Source: Gemmatimonadota bacterium (GTDB taxonomy: Bacteria; Gemmatimonadota; Gemmatimonadetes; Palauibacterales; Palauibacteraceae). Taken from it: a stretch of DNA of 64,000 bases. The notes under the pieces were generated by a model that saw only the letters and a program-made list of their open reading frames with translations, was not told where the DNA came from and did not search any database. Position 1 is the first letter of the stretch, and each line of letters opens with the position of its first letter. The stretch spans positions 7,243-71,242 of the forward strand of contig JAJDWE010000001.1 of the NCBI GenBank assembly GCA_022825725.1, given 5' to 3'. A program made the position numbers and the translations under genes. Shown here in pieces: positions 55,640 through 64,000 of the stretch.

Positions 55640-56103
55640 TCCGCTTTAGCCTCGGCGCTCCGGCGGAGATGCTGGATGAGCGCCTCGAGACCGAACAGGT
55701 AGCTGGAGTCCCGGAATCCCGTGATGACGCCGATCGCGAGGTCGGAGAGGAGCGACGTGTGCCGGAACGGCTCGCGAGCGAACACATTGGACAGGTGGAC
55801 CTCGACGAAGGGACGACCGGAGCCGGCGAGGGCGTCGCGGAGCGCCACGCTCGTGTGGGTCAGGGCGGCGGCGTTGACGAGCCACGCATCCACCGCGCCG
55901 GTGTTCGCCTGCACCCAGTCCACGATCTCGCCTTCGTCATTGGACTGGAGGAAGATGAGCGAGACGCCGCCCGCGTCCGCGCGCTCGCGCAGGAGCGATT
56001 CGATCTCGGCCAGTGTCCGCGTTCCGTAGTGGTGGGGCTCGCGGCGCCCCAGGAGATTGAGGTTCGGTCCGTTCAACACGCCGATGCGGATGGGTTCGCG
56101 CAC
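55636..56103 (-). CDS. aroQ: type II 3-dehydroquinate dehydratase
   Basis: IGVLNGPNLNLLGRREPHHYG, QSNDEGEIVDW, NAAALTHTSVALRDA and VEVHLSNV. Start at GTG 56103, 4 nt after the upstream stop. The track ORF extending to 56418 is rejected. Confidence 0.9.
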   Translation of the reverse strand: MREPIRIGVLNGPNLNLLGRREPHHYGTRTLAEIESLLRERADAGGVSLIFLQSNDEGEIVDWVQANTGAVDAWLVNAAALTHTSVALRDALAGSGRPFVEVHLSNVFAREPFRHTSLLSDLAIGVITGFRDSSYLFGLEALIQHLRRSAEAKAE

Positions 56104-56107
56104 CCGC

Positions 56108-56833
56108 TCAGTCCGATCCCGCGGGAGCGTCGCCGTCGAGGATTCGGCGAAGCTGCTCGCCAATCGACTCCGGGACGGCCGGATCCGCTGCCTCCGTCGC
56201 CTCCGGCGGGGGCGGAACCTCCCGAGGCTCCCTTGCCTCCCCCGCGCGGCGGCGCATCTCGGCGATCGCGGCGATAAGTTCGGCATCGTCCGGGTTGCGG
56301 GAAAGCATCTGCTCGTACACGGCAATGGCACGGTCGAAGAGACCCTGGTTCGCGTACAGTCCGGCGAGCGTCGACGTTTCGATGCTCTTCGTCGGAACGG
56401 GTGCGGCGCCCGTCGCATCGCCCTTCGGCGCGGCCCGCTCAGCGGCTTCAGCGCTCCGCCACGTTTCCTCGAGCGCCTCCAGCCAATCGTTCGTCGAGGC
56501 GCCGCCGGAACCGTCCGCCTTCGTCTCGACGCGCTCGACGCCCAGCGCGATGCAGGCGAGCGGGTTCGCGGGATCGAGGGTCAAAATGTGCTCGAATTCG
56601 ATCCGCGCGGCCTCCTCGTCACCGAGTTCGAGCAGCACGCGGGCGTGGAGCAGGCGCGCGTCCAGATAGTAGGGGTGTTCCCTCAAGCCATCCCGGATCA
56701 CGCCCAGAGCGCGTTCGCGCTCCCCCGCTTGCCGGTAGAGATCGGCGAGGCGCGCGAACGTGTGGGTCCGCGGCTCCGATTCTCCACGGCGCAGGAGTTG
56801 TTCGATCTCCACGGTCTGGTCGTCGGCGGCCAC
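56108..56833 (-). CDS. tetratricopeptide-repeat protein
   Basis: TPR-like helical pairs (FARLADLYRQAGERERALGVIRDGLREHPYYLDARLLHARVLLELGDEEAARIEFEHILTLDPANP; LAGLYANQGLFDRAIAVYEQMLSRNPDD). The start is uncertain. GTG 56833 is chosen because a promoter-like element lies just upstream. Confidence 0.55.
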   Translation of the reverse strand: MAADDQTVEIEQLLRRGESEPRTHTFARLADLYRQAGERERALGVIRDGLREHPYYLDARLLHARVLLELGDEEAARIEFEHILTLDPANPLACIALGVERVETKADGSGGASTNDWLEALEETWRSAEAAERAAPKGDATGAAPVPTKSIETSTLAGLYANQGLFDRAIAVYEQMLSRNPDDAELIAAIAEMRRRAGEAREPREVPPPPEATEAADPAVPESIGEQLRRILDGDAPAGSD

Positions 56834-56887
56834 AGGCTTCGCAGGGAGAAAAGCGGCAGGTTCGGGCCTTCCGACCCAGTCCCCGGC

Positions 56888-56917
56888 AACATACCGACCG
56901 TTTTTTTTGGTTGTCAA
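56888..56917 (-). promoter_or_regulatory. sigma70-like promoter candidate at the head of the long minus-strand gene run
   Basis: Minus strand: TTGACA (56917-56912), 18-nt spacer containing A8, TATGTT (56893-56888). It lies in the only sizeable AT-enriched gap (56834-57086) between the divergent TPR and ppiD-like genes. Confidence 0.4.
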
Positions 56918-57086
56918 CGAACGTCGCCGGAATGCGGTGGGGCTCCCGTCTTTCGTTGCCCGGAACGCCGGGCCGGCGTACGTTTTCGACCGATCACGGG
57001 ACCGGCGCGTTCGGTCGCGTTTCCGGCCCCGGCGCGGCCGCGCTCGGGCGATTCGATTCAAGACGACAAGGTGGGTTCGGCGTCTC

Positions 57087-58928
57087 ATGTTCATGCGGAA
57101 GATGCGCGGCAGCGCGAGCCTCGTGATGGGCATCATGGCCGCGGCCTTCGTGGGCTGGCTGGTGTTCGACGGTATCAACGCGATGCAGGGAGGGAACCTC
57201 GGCGGGCAGATCAACCCCGTCGTGGGGCAGGTCGGAGGACAGGACATCCGCTACAACGAGTGGAATATCTTCCTCCAGAACCAGCTCGCGGTGAGCCGCG
57301 CGGCCGACCGCGGCATGACGGATGAGGACGTGCGCGTCGTGACCGAACGGGCCTGGGAGAGCCTGATCAGCGCGACGCTGATTCAGGCGGAGCTGGACCG
57401 GCTCGGCGTCAGCGTCTCCGACGCGGAGGTGCGCCAGGCGTTCTTCACGCAGCCACCGCAGGAGATGTTGAGCTATCCCGGGTTCCAGACGGACGGGCAG
57501 TTCGACATCGACAAGTACCGCCGGTTCTTCACGGACCCCGCGACGGATGAGACGCAACTGCTGCAGATCGAGGGTTACTACCGCTCCATCCTTCCGCGCG
57601 CGAAGCTGCAGACGCTCGTCCAGAGCGGCATCTACGTGTCCGAGGAGGAAGCGTGGCGATTCTATCGGGACACGAACGAGCAGGCCCGCGTCCGTTTCGT
57701 GCGGGTCGACCCGGCCCTGACCGTGGAGGACTCCGAGGTTTCCGTTTCGGAGGACGAAGTCCGGCAGGTCTATGACCAACGCGTGGATGAGCTCATCCGA
57801 CCCGCCAGCGCCCGCGTGAACCTGGTCAGCATCTCGCTCCGACCCTCCGTCGCCGACTCGCTCGCCGCCCGCGAACGGGCCGCCGCCCTCGCGGACCGTG
57901 TGCGGGGGGGCGAGGATTTCGCGGAGGTGGCGATGGCGGAGTCCGCGGATTCGATCTCGGGCGTCGAGGGCGGCTTCATGGGCAAGCGTCCGACGAGCGC
58001 CTTCGACCCGCGACTCGCCGAGGTCGCCGCGGACGCCCCGCTGGGACAGGCCACGGACCCGGTCGAGACGCCGTTCGGGCTGCACGTCCTGCAGGTCGAC
58101 GAGCGTACCGCGGACTCCCTGGCGCTACGCCAGATCTACGTTCCGTTCGAGATTTCCGGCGCCACCGAGGACTCGGTGTTCACGCTTCTCGACGACCTGG
58201 AGGATCTTGCGCTGCGCACGGACCTCCTGACCGCCGGCGATTCCCTGGGAGTGACGATCCGCACCGACGTGCAACTCCTGGACGGCGTGGACTTCATTCC
58301 GGGCGCCGGCCAGCTGGGAGTGGCGAGGGAGTGGGCCCTCGGCCCCGAGAGCGAGATCGGGGACCTGTCCGACTCGTTCGAGAACCCGTCGGGGTTCCAT
58401 CTGCTCGAGCTTCTCGGACGGCGGGACGAGAGTACGATTCCGTTCGAGGAAGCCGAGATCGGGATTCGCGCGGAACTGCTCGTGGAGAAGAAGAAGGAAC
58501 GTGCCGCGGAACTGGCCGGCGGTCTGCTCGCCGCGGTCGCGGCGGGAAGTTCTCTCGACGAGGCGGCCGAGGAGCTCGGGTGGTCGGTCGAGGAGACCGA
58601 GTTATTCCGCCGGGGCGACTTCGTCCCGGGACTCGGTCAGGGCACCGAGGCGGTCGGATTCGGATTCGGGGCCGATGTCGGCGAGTTCAGCGGCGTCCTC
58701 GACGCCGGTGACGCGGTGGTCGTCGTGGAGGTCCTGGAGCGCGAAGAGACCACGCGGGAGGGGTTCGACGAGGTCAGGGATGCCGTGCTCGGGCAATTGA
58801 GCTTCGAGCGTTCCCAGCAGTACGTGCAAAAGTGGCTGGCTGCGCTTCGCGAAGACACGGTCGTCGAGGATCACCGTGCGAGGCTCCTCCTGCAGCAGGA
58901 CGCCCAGCCGATGATTCCGGGCTTCTGA
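57087..58928 (+). CDS. SurA-N/PpiD-like periplasmic chaperone with a parvulin-type PPIase domain
   Basis: Start at internal ATG 57087, giving an N-terminal TM anchor (SLVMGIMAAAFVGWLVF). SurA_N-like helical region. Parvulin-like segment (GGEDFAEVAMAESAD...GG.MG.....F.P........G....PVETPFGLHVLQV). Confidence 0.8.
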   Translation: MFMRKMRGSASLVMGIMAAAFVGWLVFDGINAMQGGNLGGQINPVVGQVGGQDIRYNEWNIFLQNQLAVSRAADRGMTDEDVRVVTERAWESLISATLIQAELDRLGVSVSDAEVRQAFFTQPPQEMLSYPGFQTDGQFDIDKYRRFFTDPATDETQLLQIEGYYRSILPRAKLQTLVQSGIYVSEEEAWRFYRDTNEQARVRFVRVDPALTVEDSEVSVSEDEVRQVYDQRVDELIRPASARVNLVSISLRPSVADSLAARERAAALADRVRGGEDFAEVAMAESADSISGVEGGFMGKRPTSAFDPRLAEVAADAPLGQATDPVETPFGLHVLQVDERTADSLALRQIYVPFEISGATEDSVFTLLDDLEDLALRTDLLTAGDSLGVTIRTDVQLLDGVDFIPGAGQLGVAREWALGPESEIGDLSDSFENPSGFHLLELLGRRDESTIPFEEAEIGIRAELLVEKKKERAAELAGGLLAAVAAGSSLDEAAEELGWSVEETELFRRGDFVPGLGQGTEAVGFGFGADVGEFSGVLDAGDAVVVVEVLEREETTREGFDEVRDAVLGQLSFERSQQYVQKWLAALREDTVVEDHRARLLLQQDAQPMIPGF

Positions 58929-59012
58929 TCCCGAGCCGCAAAAGACCCGTCGGGCCACTGCCCGGCGCGGGGCTGCGGCCGCCCGGGTCCGCCGGATCCC
59001 GCCCGGTTCGGG

Positions 59013-59255
59013 CTAGCTCTCCGTGTTGGCGGGACGGGCCTGCGCGGTCTCCTGGTTGGCGGCAGCAGCCGATGGAGGCGCGGTGTCCCCCGTGATCTCG
59101 GCCCGCACATCGCCCTCGACCTCCTTGATCGAGCCCTTGAACTCACGGATCCCGCGGCCGAGAGAACTCCCGATCTCGGGAAGCCGCTTTGCGCCGAAGA
59201 GGAGCAGGATAGCGAGGAATACGAGCAGCAACTCCCATGGGCTCAGACCGAACAT
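59013..59255 (-). CDS. tatA: twin-arginine translocase subunit TatA/E
   Basis: MFGLSPWELLLVFLAILLLFGAKRLPEIGSSLGRGIREFK is canonical TatA. Confidence 0.9.
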   Translation of the reverse strand: MFGLSPWELLLVFLAILLLFGAKRLPEIGSSLGRGIREFKGSIKEVEGDVRAEITGDTAPPSAAAANQETAQARPANTES

Positions 59256-59293
59256 CTCAGACTCCTTGGTTGTGGCTCATCTCCGGCGCCCGG

Positions 59294-59575
59294 TCAGAGA
59301 AGCGACCGGGCGAACCAGGCGACGAGCACGACCCCGACGACGCTCAACACGTTCAGGCGCAGGACGATCGGCCCCAGCGTGAATGCGAGCACCTTGAGAT
59401 CGAATGCAAGCGGCTGCAGTGAAGCCGCGACCGTTGTAACAAAAAACTGACGCGCCGCTGACGGGGGCAACGTAACCGTCGCGAGTTCGGTGAGCAGCCC
59501 CCCGAGCACGAATCCCCCCGCGATGATGAGGACCAGGCGTATCGGGGAACGATGGCGTCGACTTCCGAAGTTCAC
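59294..59575 (-). CDS. small membrane protein, DUF4321-like
   Basis: 93 aa with two TM segments and a central LQPLAFDLKVLAFTLGPIVLRLNVLSVVG pattern reminiscent of DUF4321. Strong GC3 bias. Confidence 0.45.
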   Translation of the reverse strand: MNFGSRRHRSPIRLVLIIAGGFVLGGLLTELATVTLPPSAARQFFVTTVAASLQPLAFDLKVLAFTLGPIVLRLNVLSVVGVVLVAWFARSLL

Positions 59576-59578
59576 TCG

Positions 59579-60565
59579 CTACCGTACTCTCTCGACTACG
59601 TAATCCACAGCGAGGCTCAGTGCCTCGAGGCACGGACTCGCCGGCAGGCGCCGGAGCCGGTCCCGGGCCCGGTCCGCCCGCGACCGCGCTTCCTCCCGAG
59701 CCGTCTCAACGCCTCCATGCGCTTCAACGAGCTCCAGGATCTCCTGCACGGCTTCGGGGGAGGGTTCCGGGTCCGCGAAGAGCCCTTCGACGGCGCGTCG
59801 CTCCCCCCACTCCATCTTGGGCAAAGCGGCGATCAGGGGCAACGTTACCTTGTGTTCCTGCAGATCCTGTCCGCGCGGCTTCCCCATCACCCGCGTCGAC
59901 GAGGAATAGTCGAGCAGATCGTCGACGATCTGGAAGGCCATCCCCAGATGATGCCCGTACTCGCGCAGGGCGTCCCGGTATTGCGGCGCCCCCGACAGTG
60001 TCCCGAGTTCGCACGCCGCAGACATCAGGGACGCCGTCTTGTGCTCGCACAGCCTCTCGTAGTCGTCGCGCGTGAAGTCGAGGCCGTCGTGGAGCACGAG
60101 CTGCCGCATCTCTCCGATCGTCATGCGGTTCGCCGTGTCGGCGAGGAGGGCGACCTGCTCGAGCCTTCCGAGCGCAACGACCTCGATGACCGCGCGCGAA
60201 TACAGGTAGTCTCCCGCGATGATCGCGACCTGGTGCGTCCAGCGATGGTTGACGGTGGGCCGGCCCCTTCGCCTTGCGGAGTGATCGACCGCATCGTCGT
60301 GCACGAGGGTCGCGACATGCAGCAGTTCGACGATGGCCCCCAGTTTCACGGCATCGGGGGAGGGGCGCCCTCCAACGCCGTTTGCGAGGAGGAGCAGGGT
60401 GGGCCGCAGGAGCTTCCCGGACCGCGCAAACAGGTAGTCGCCCACCTCGTCGAGGGCTTCGAACCCCGATGGCGCCATCCCGCGGAGCTCGCGCTCGACG
60501 GCAAGGAGCCGGTCCGCTACGGGCAGGCGGACTTGTTCCAGATCGATGACGGTGGTCGGGAGCAT
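59579..60565 (-). CDS. polyprenyl diphosphate synthase (IspB/HepT-like, long-chain)
   Basis: First DDxxD region LVHDDAVDHS...RRG and second FQIVDDLLDY. ATG 60565 follows GAGGAGGG. The track ORF extending to 60721 is rejected. Confidence 0.9.
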   Translation of the reverse strand: MLPTTVIDLEQVRLPVADRLLAVERELRGMAPSGFEALDEVGDYLFARSGKLLRPTLLLLANGVGGRPSPDAVKLGAIVELLHVATLVHDDAVDHSARRRGRPTVNHRWTHQVAIIAGDYLYSRAVIEVVALGRLEQVALLADTANRMTIGEMRQLVLHDGLDFTRDDYERLCEHKTASLMSAACELGTLSGAPQYRDALREYGHHLGMAFQIVDDLLDYSSSTRVMGKPRGQDLQEHKVTLPLIAALPKMEWGERRAVEGLFADPEPSPEAVQEILELVEAHGGVETAREEARSRADRARDRLRRLPASPCLEALSLAVDYVVERVR

Positions 60566-60629
60566 ACCCTCCTCGGTGCGCGAGCCGCGCATGAAGTGCA
60601 CGGGAATGTCGGAAGCCCCGAGAGGAATG

Positions 60630-63599
60630 TCAAAAGCGCCGGGGGCCCAGCCCGCCGCCACCGAAACCGCCCTGGCCGTCCTGCGTCTGCTGGTCGTAGT
60701 CGAACTTGAGATCGGGCGCATCCTGGAGGCTCACGCTCATCTGGAAGATGAAGTTCCCGTTCGGCGAGCGGGCGAACATGAAGGTCGCGATCCAGCGGTG
60801 CAGGGAGCGGTCGAGCGTGATGAGGTGCTCCCCGAATTCCTTGTTGGTGAGGTTGTACGTCGTCCGCCAGGCGAGACGCCAGCTCGGCGACGGATTGAGC
60901 GAAAGGACCGCGTTGAGCGACTGCCGGTCCTGTGCACTCTGCTCCGCCCGGCCGCGCTGAAGGGAATAGGTCAGCGCCAGCGTCCACGGGCCGCCGGCCC
61001 GCAGGCCCGGGTCCGCCGGATCCGGATTCTCGTCGAAACTCTGCAGCCGGTATCGGGAGTCGGCCGCATTCCGCAGGCGGTTCTGGGGGTCGGATCCGCC
61101 GCCTCCACCCCCGCCTCCCAGTCCGAGCAGCCCGCCGAGACCGCTGGCCGAGCTGAACGTGAAACTGCCCGTCAGGCTCGAAAGGATGGGGGCGAACATA
61201 CGATCCTCTCCGGTGCCGTCGAACAGGTCGAGAGACATGTTCAGCGACAGCCCCCTGAGCAGATCCGAGTTGACGCGGTGCGACCAGCGGTCCGTCGTCA
61301 ACGGCGACTCGTTCTCGCGGGACCAGTCGAAGGTGAGCGGACTCGAATTGATTCCCAGGAGGACGACGTTCCGGCGTGGCTGCGCGCGGCGCGGCGCATT
61401 GGGGTCCCCCGTGTCCGATCCGGTGCCGGCCGGCGCCTCCTGCGGGGCGGCTGCCAGCCCCCGGGCAGCCTCGGCGGGATCCTCTTCGGCCAGTTCGGTC
61501 TCCGGCGCCTGTACTCCGGCCGAATCGCCGGCCGCCGCGAGGGAATCCGCCTCGGTCGTCGCCGCGCCGGACTCCAGGTCGGTCGAGTCCGCTTCGAGCG
61601 AGCGGCCCTCCAGCAGCGCTTCCGCTTCGGGATCGAGTTCGACCTCCTCACGCAACTTGGCTTCGAAGGTCTGGTTCAGCGTGATGCGAAGCCGGTTCTC
61701 CTGCTTCGAGTTCGACACCGGAAACCCGGGGATCGCAAGCAGGGAATCGGAGGCCTGCACGGCCGGCGAATAGTCGTAGTGAAAGCGCGGCGAGACCTTG
61801 TGGCGGATCCGCTCGAACGGGCCGACGCCGGGGAAGAACCCGTAGAGATCGGTGGACACCGCGGCTCCGAAGCGGAGACGCGTCGGCGCGGTGATGAAGT
61901 CTCCGTTCGTATCGTCCGACTGAAACCGGCTCGCGTCGATGCTCAGGGTGGGACGAAGCGTCGTGCTCCCGACGAGGTCGATCTGGTATTCCGCCTGCGC
62001 CCCGTAGTCCAGCTTCGAAACGCTCCCGGGCGCCGCGGACGCCGTGGTGTCGGCGCCGGGCATCGGCTGGAACGGAAGTACGGTGTTCCGGTTGAAGTTC
62101 GTTCGTCCGCTGACCCCGAAGGAGCCGATGCGGATGGCGCTGTTCGCGGACGCCACCTCGGTTCTCTTGCCGTCGTTCTCTTCCTGGGTCCGGTCGAGGC
62201 GCGAAGCGGAGAAGGCGCCGTTGACGACGATGTTGTTGAACGGCCCGCTGCGGTTGCGGGGCGCGCGGAAGAGGGTCAGGGGCGAGAAGGTCATCTGAAG
62301 CTTGGGCAGCGTGAGGTCCGTCCGCCCCTTCTGCGCCCCCAGATCCTGGCGCCGGCTTCCGCTCAGGTTGACGGACGCGAAGGGGAACCGGTGCTGGACT
62401 CCGACGTCCGATGCGATTCGTTGCGTCTGGACCGTCGGGTCGAAGGTCTGACGCTCGAAGACGCTGGTGTTCGAGACGAAGTTGGCGTTGACCCGTATGT
62501 CCGTGACGGGGGTCAGCTCGTGATTGTGGCGCATCTGAAACTGCAGGGTCTTCTCGTTCCCGAAACTGTAGCTCGCGATGACGTTGCCCCGGAAGAACTT
62601 CTTGATCGAGCGGTATCGGAAGGCTCCGTTGAGGCGCGTGAACCGTCCGCTGAACCAGTCGGCCGTCGCCTGCGCGTCCATGAAATCGTTCCCCGCGAAG
62701 TAATACCCGAAGTCGGTGATGCTCCGCCGGGCGTTGCTGGAGGACGCCACGACATCGTTGAACCCGAAGCGCGGGGGCAGGAAGCCGCTCCTGCGTTCCT
62801 CCCGAATGTCCTGCGCAAAGAAGGGAAGCCAGGCGACGGGCACGTTCTGGATGTAGAGGGTCACGGGCCAGGCCACGACGATGTCGTCCGAGACGACCTT
62901 GATCTGTCCGGCGCGGAAGTAGTAGTGCGGTTCGTCGAGGTCGCACGACGTGAAGTTCCCGGTCTCGACGAAGGCGGTGCCGGAACCCCGCATGGTCATG
63001 AGCCCCCTGATGAACCAGTCGGCACCCTGCTGGGCGAACGACGTTCGCGCATCCACGACGGTGCCCTTGGTGGCGGAGACATCGTAGTTCAGACACTCGT
63101 CGGAGATCACGTTCTCCCCCTCCCCGGAGAGCGAGATGTTGCCGCACCCCCGCACAAACTGCAGACCCGCCTCGTAGGTGATCGTGTCCGCATCGATCGT
63201 GGACTGCTCGTACATGACCTGTGCCTCTCGATTGAGCTGCACACGCTGCCGGTCGACGTCCAGCTCGACGCCGCGCCCCTGATACTGGATGGCCTGATAG
63301 CCCGGCTCCCCGAGAAGTTGTCCGAAGATGTCGTCCTGTTGAGGGAAGGGCGGGTCCGCCGGAGCGGTATCGACGGTGTCGGCGACGGCCGAATCCGCGA
63401 CCGCGGCCGCCACGGCGCTCGAATCGCCGACCGCTGCCGAGTCAACCGTAGCCGAGTCGCCGACCGCTACGGAGTCGCCGACAGCAGCGGAATCGCCGGC
63501 CGCCGTCGAATCCGCCACGGGCACATCCAGCGTATCCCGCGCGGTGGAATCCCGGGGTACGGAATCCTGCGGGAGGGAGTCCCGCCCCACGACCACCAC
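60630..63599 (-). CDS. LptD/OstA-like outer-membrane LPS-assembly-type protein (the true start is probably upstream, near 63725)
   Basis: OstA-like N-domain (ITYEAGLQFVRG.GN..L......V.SD.L.YD), then NFTSCDLDEPHYYFRAGQIKV...WPVTLYIQNVPVAWLPFFAQDI...RRSGFLPPRFGF and a very long beta-barrel ending in F. The first canonical start (GTG 63599) leaves no signal peptide; see the findings. Confidence 0.6.
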   Translation of the reverse strand: MVVVGRDSLPQDSVPRDSTARDTLDVPVADSTAAGDSAAVGDSVAVGDSATVDSAAVGDSSAVAAAVADSAVADTVDTAPADPPFPQQDDIFGQLLGEPGYQAIQYQGRGVELDVDRQRVQLNREAQVMYEQSTIDADTITYEAGLQFVRGCGNISLSGEGENVISDECLNYDVSATKGTVVDARTSFAQQGADWFIRGLMTMRGSGTAFVETGNFTSCDLDEPHYYFRAGQIKVVSDDIVVAWPVTLYIQNVPVAWLPFFAQDIREERRSGFLPPRFGFNDVVASSSNARRSITDFGYYFAGNDFMDAQATADWFSGRFTRLNGAFRYRSIKKFFRGNVIASYSFGNEKTLQFQMRHNHELTPVTDIRVNANFVSNTSVFERQTFDPTVQTQRIASDVGVQHRFPFASVNLSGSRRQDLGAQKGRTDLTLPKLQMTFSPLTLFRAPRNRSGPFNNIVVNGAFSASRLDRTQEENDGKRTEVASANSAIRIGSFGVSGRTNFNRNTVLPFQPMPGADTTASAAPGSVSKLDYGAQAEYQIDLVGSTTLRPTLSIDASRFQSDDTNGDFITAPTRLRFGAAVSTDLYGFFPGVGPFERIRHKVSPRFHYDYSPAVQASDSLLAIPGFPVSNSKQENRLRITLNQTFEAKLREEVELDPEAEALLEGRSLEADSTDLESGAATTEADSLAAAGDSAGVQAPETELAEEDPAEAARGLAAAPQEAPAGTGSDTGDPNAPRRAQPRRNVVLLGINSSPLTFDWSRENESPLTTDRWSHRVNSDLLRGLSLNMSLDLFDGTGEDRMFAPILSSLTGSFTFSSASGLGGLLGLGGGGGGGGSDPQNRLRNAADSRYRLQSFDENPDPADPGLRAGGPWTLALTYSLQRGRAEQSAQDRQSLNAVLSLNPSPSWRLAWRTTYNLTNKEFGEHLITLDRSLHRWIATFMFARSPNGNFIFQMSVSLQDAPDLKFDYDQQTQDGQGGFGGGGLGPRRF
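63368..63522. repeat. imperfect tandem coding repeats (GDSxAV-type) in the LptD-like N-terminal region
   Basis: GA(A/G)TCGCCGAC-type units recur about every 15-18 nt. They encode ADSTAAGDSAAVGDSVAVGDSATVDSAAVGDSSAVAAAVADSAVADTVD. Confidence 0.8.
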
Positions 63600-63721
63600 C
63601 GTATCGGTATCCGCCCGGGCCGTGAACTCGAGGGGGCGGGCACCCGCAGGCGCGGCGCGCGCGGTTTCAGTTGCGCCGAGACCGCCGAGCAGGGCCGCCA
63701 GCGCGAGGAGCGTGCGCAGCC

Positions 63722-64000
63722 TCAGACCGAGCTTCCTTCCCCCGATGTCCCCTCCGCGGCCCGCTCCTCCCGGCGCCGCCGGAGGACGCGGGTCATGATC
63801 ACGGACACCTCGTAGAGAAACATCATCGGCAGCATCATCGCGAGCATCGTGTACGGGTCGGCGGGCGTGAGGAAGGCCGAGACCACGGCCATCACGACGA
63901 TCGCGTGACGCCGGTACTTCGCGAGCCCCTCCGGCGTCACGATCCCGAGCAGCGACAGGAAGACGAGCGCCACCGGCAACTCGAAGATGAGCCCGAACGC
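63722..64000 (-). CDS. tatC: twin-arginine translocase subunit TatC (C-terminal part; continues past the right edge)
   Basis: ...FELPVALVFLSLLGIVTPEGLAKYRRHAIVVMAVVSAFLTPADPYTMLAMMLPMMFLYEVSVIM is the conserved TatC C-terminal region. Confidence 0.85.
   Translation of the reverse strand, partial: AFGLIFELPVALVFLSLLGIVTPEGLAKYRRHAIVVMAVVSAFLTPADPYTMLAMMLPMMFLYEVSVIMTRVLRRRREERAAEGTSGEGSSV

Noticed and set aside
56901-56916. T8 run followed by TTGTCA as a + strand promoter for the ppiD-like gene
   Set aside because: No acceptable -10 hexamer lies 16-19 nt downstream on the + strand. The same bases read on the minus strand give a much better TTGACA-18-TATGTT promoter, reported as a feature.
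60546-63815. 1089-aa + strand ORF opposite the LptD-like gene
   Set aside because: It is an antisense shadow ORF. The minus strand carries LptD/OstA-like motifs and a barrel ending in Phe.

Overview
High-GC segment (roughly two-thirds or more G+C by eye; third codon positions are almost all G/C) from the chromosome of a diderm bacterium. The diderm call rests on Lnt, a LolA-like carrier, an LptD-like protein, a TonB-dependent receptor and OM beta-barrels. A Gemmatimonadota-like origin is only a guess from gene content. I support about 56 protein-coding genes. I saw no rRNA, tRNA, CRISPR array, transposase or integrase. All family calls come from motif recognition in the translations; no searches were run.

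Layout:
- 1-6.3 kb: zeta-like kinase, trxB, two PIN-toxin TA modules flanking a Na+/solute symporter, and an OsmC-family gene interrupted by an in-frame TGA.
- 6.3-11.2 kb: DUF885 lipoprotein, orphan PilX-like protein, two alpha/beta hydrolases.
- 11.2-20.4 kb: five + strand genes that encode only secreted beta-propeller proteins.
- 20.5-31.6 kb: mixed genes (OMP, PhzF, EVE, LemA/DUF2207, peroxiredoxin, PCD, AstE/AspA-like) plus a 1076-aa lipoprotein combining LRR, Calx-beta-like and metzincin parts.
- 31.6-56.8 kb: one uninterrupted minus-strand run of 21 genes with mostly overlapping start/stop codons: TPR, aroQ, pepP-like, efp, accB, accC, comB-like, ftsK, lolA-like, rimO, hemL, lnt, TonB receptor, HDAC-like, menF, menD, menB, menA, menE, class V aminotransferase, Rieske oxygenase.
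- 57-64 kb: ppiD-like, tatA, DUF4321, polyprenyl synthase, LptD-like, tatC.

Most interesting items:
- a candidate selenocysteine OsmC-family gene with a SECIS-like hairpin;
- the all-beta-propeller secreted gene cluster;
- the LRR-metzincin lipoprotein;
- an HDAC-like gene and a TonB receptor translationally coupled to an incomplete menaquinone cluster;
- an LptD-like gene whose signal peptide lies upstream of any canonical start codon.
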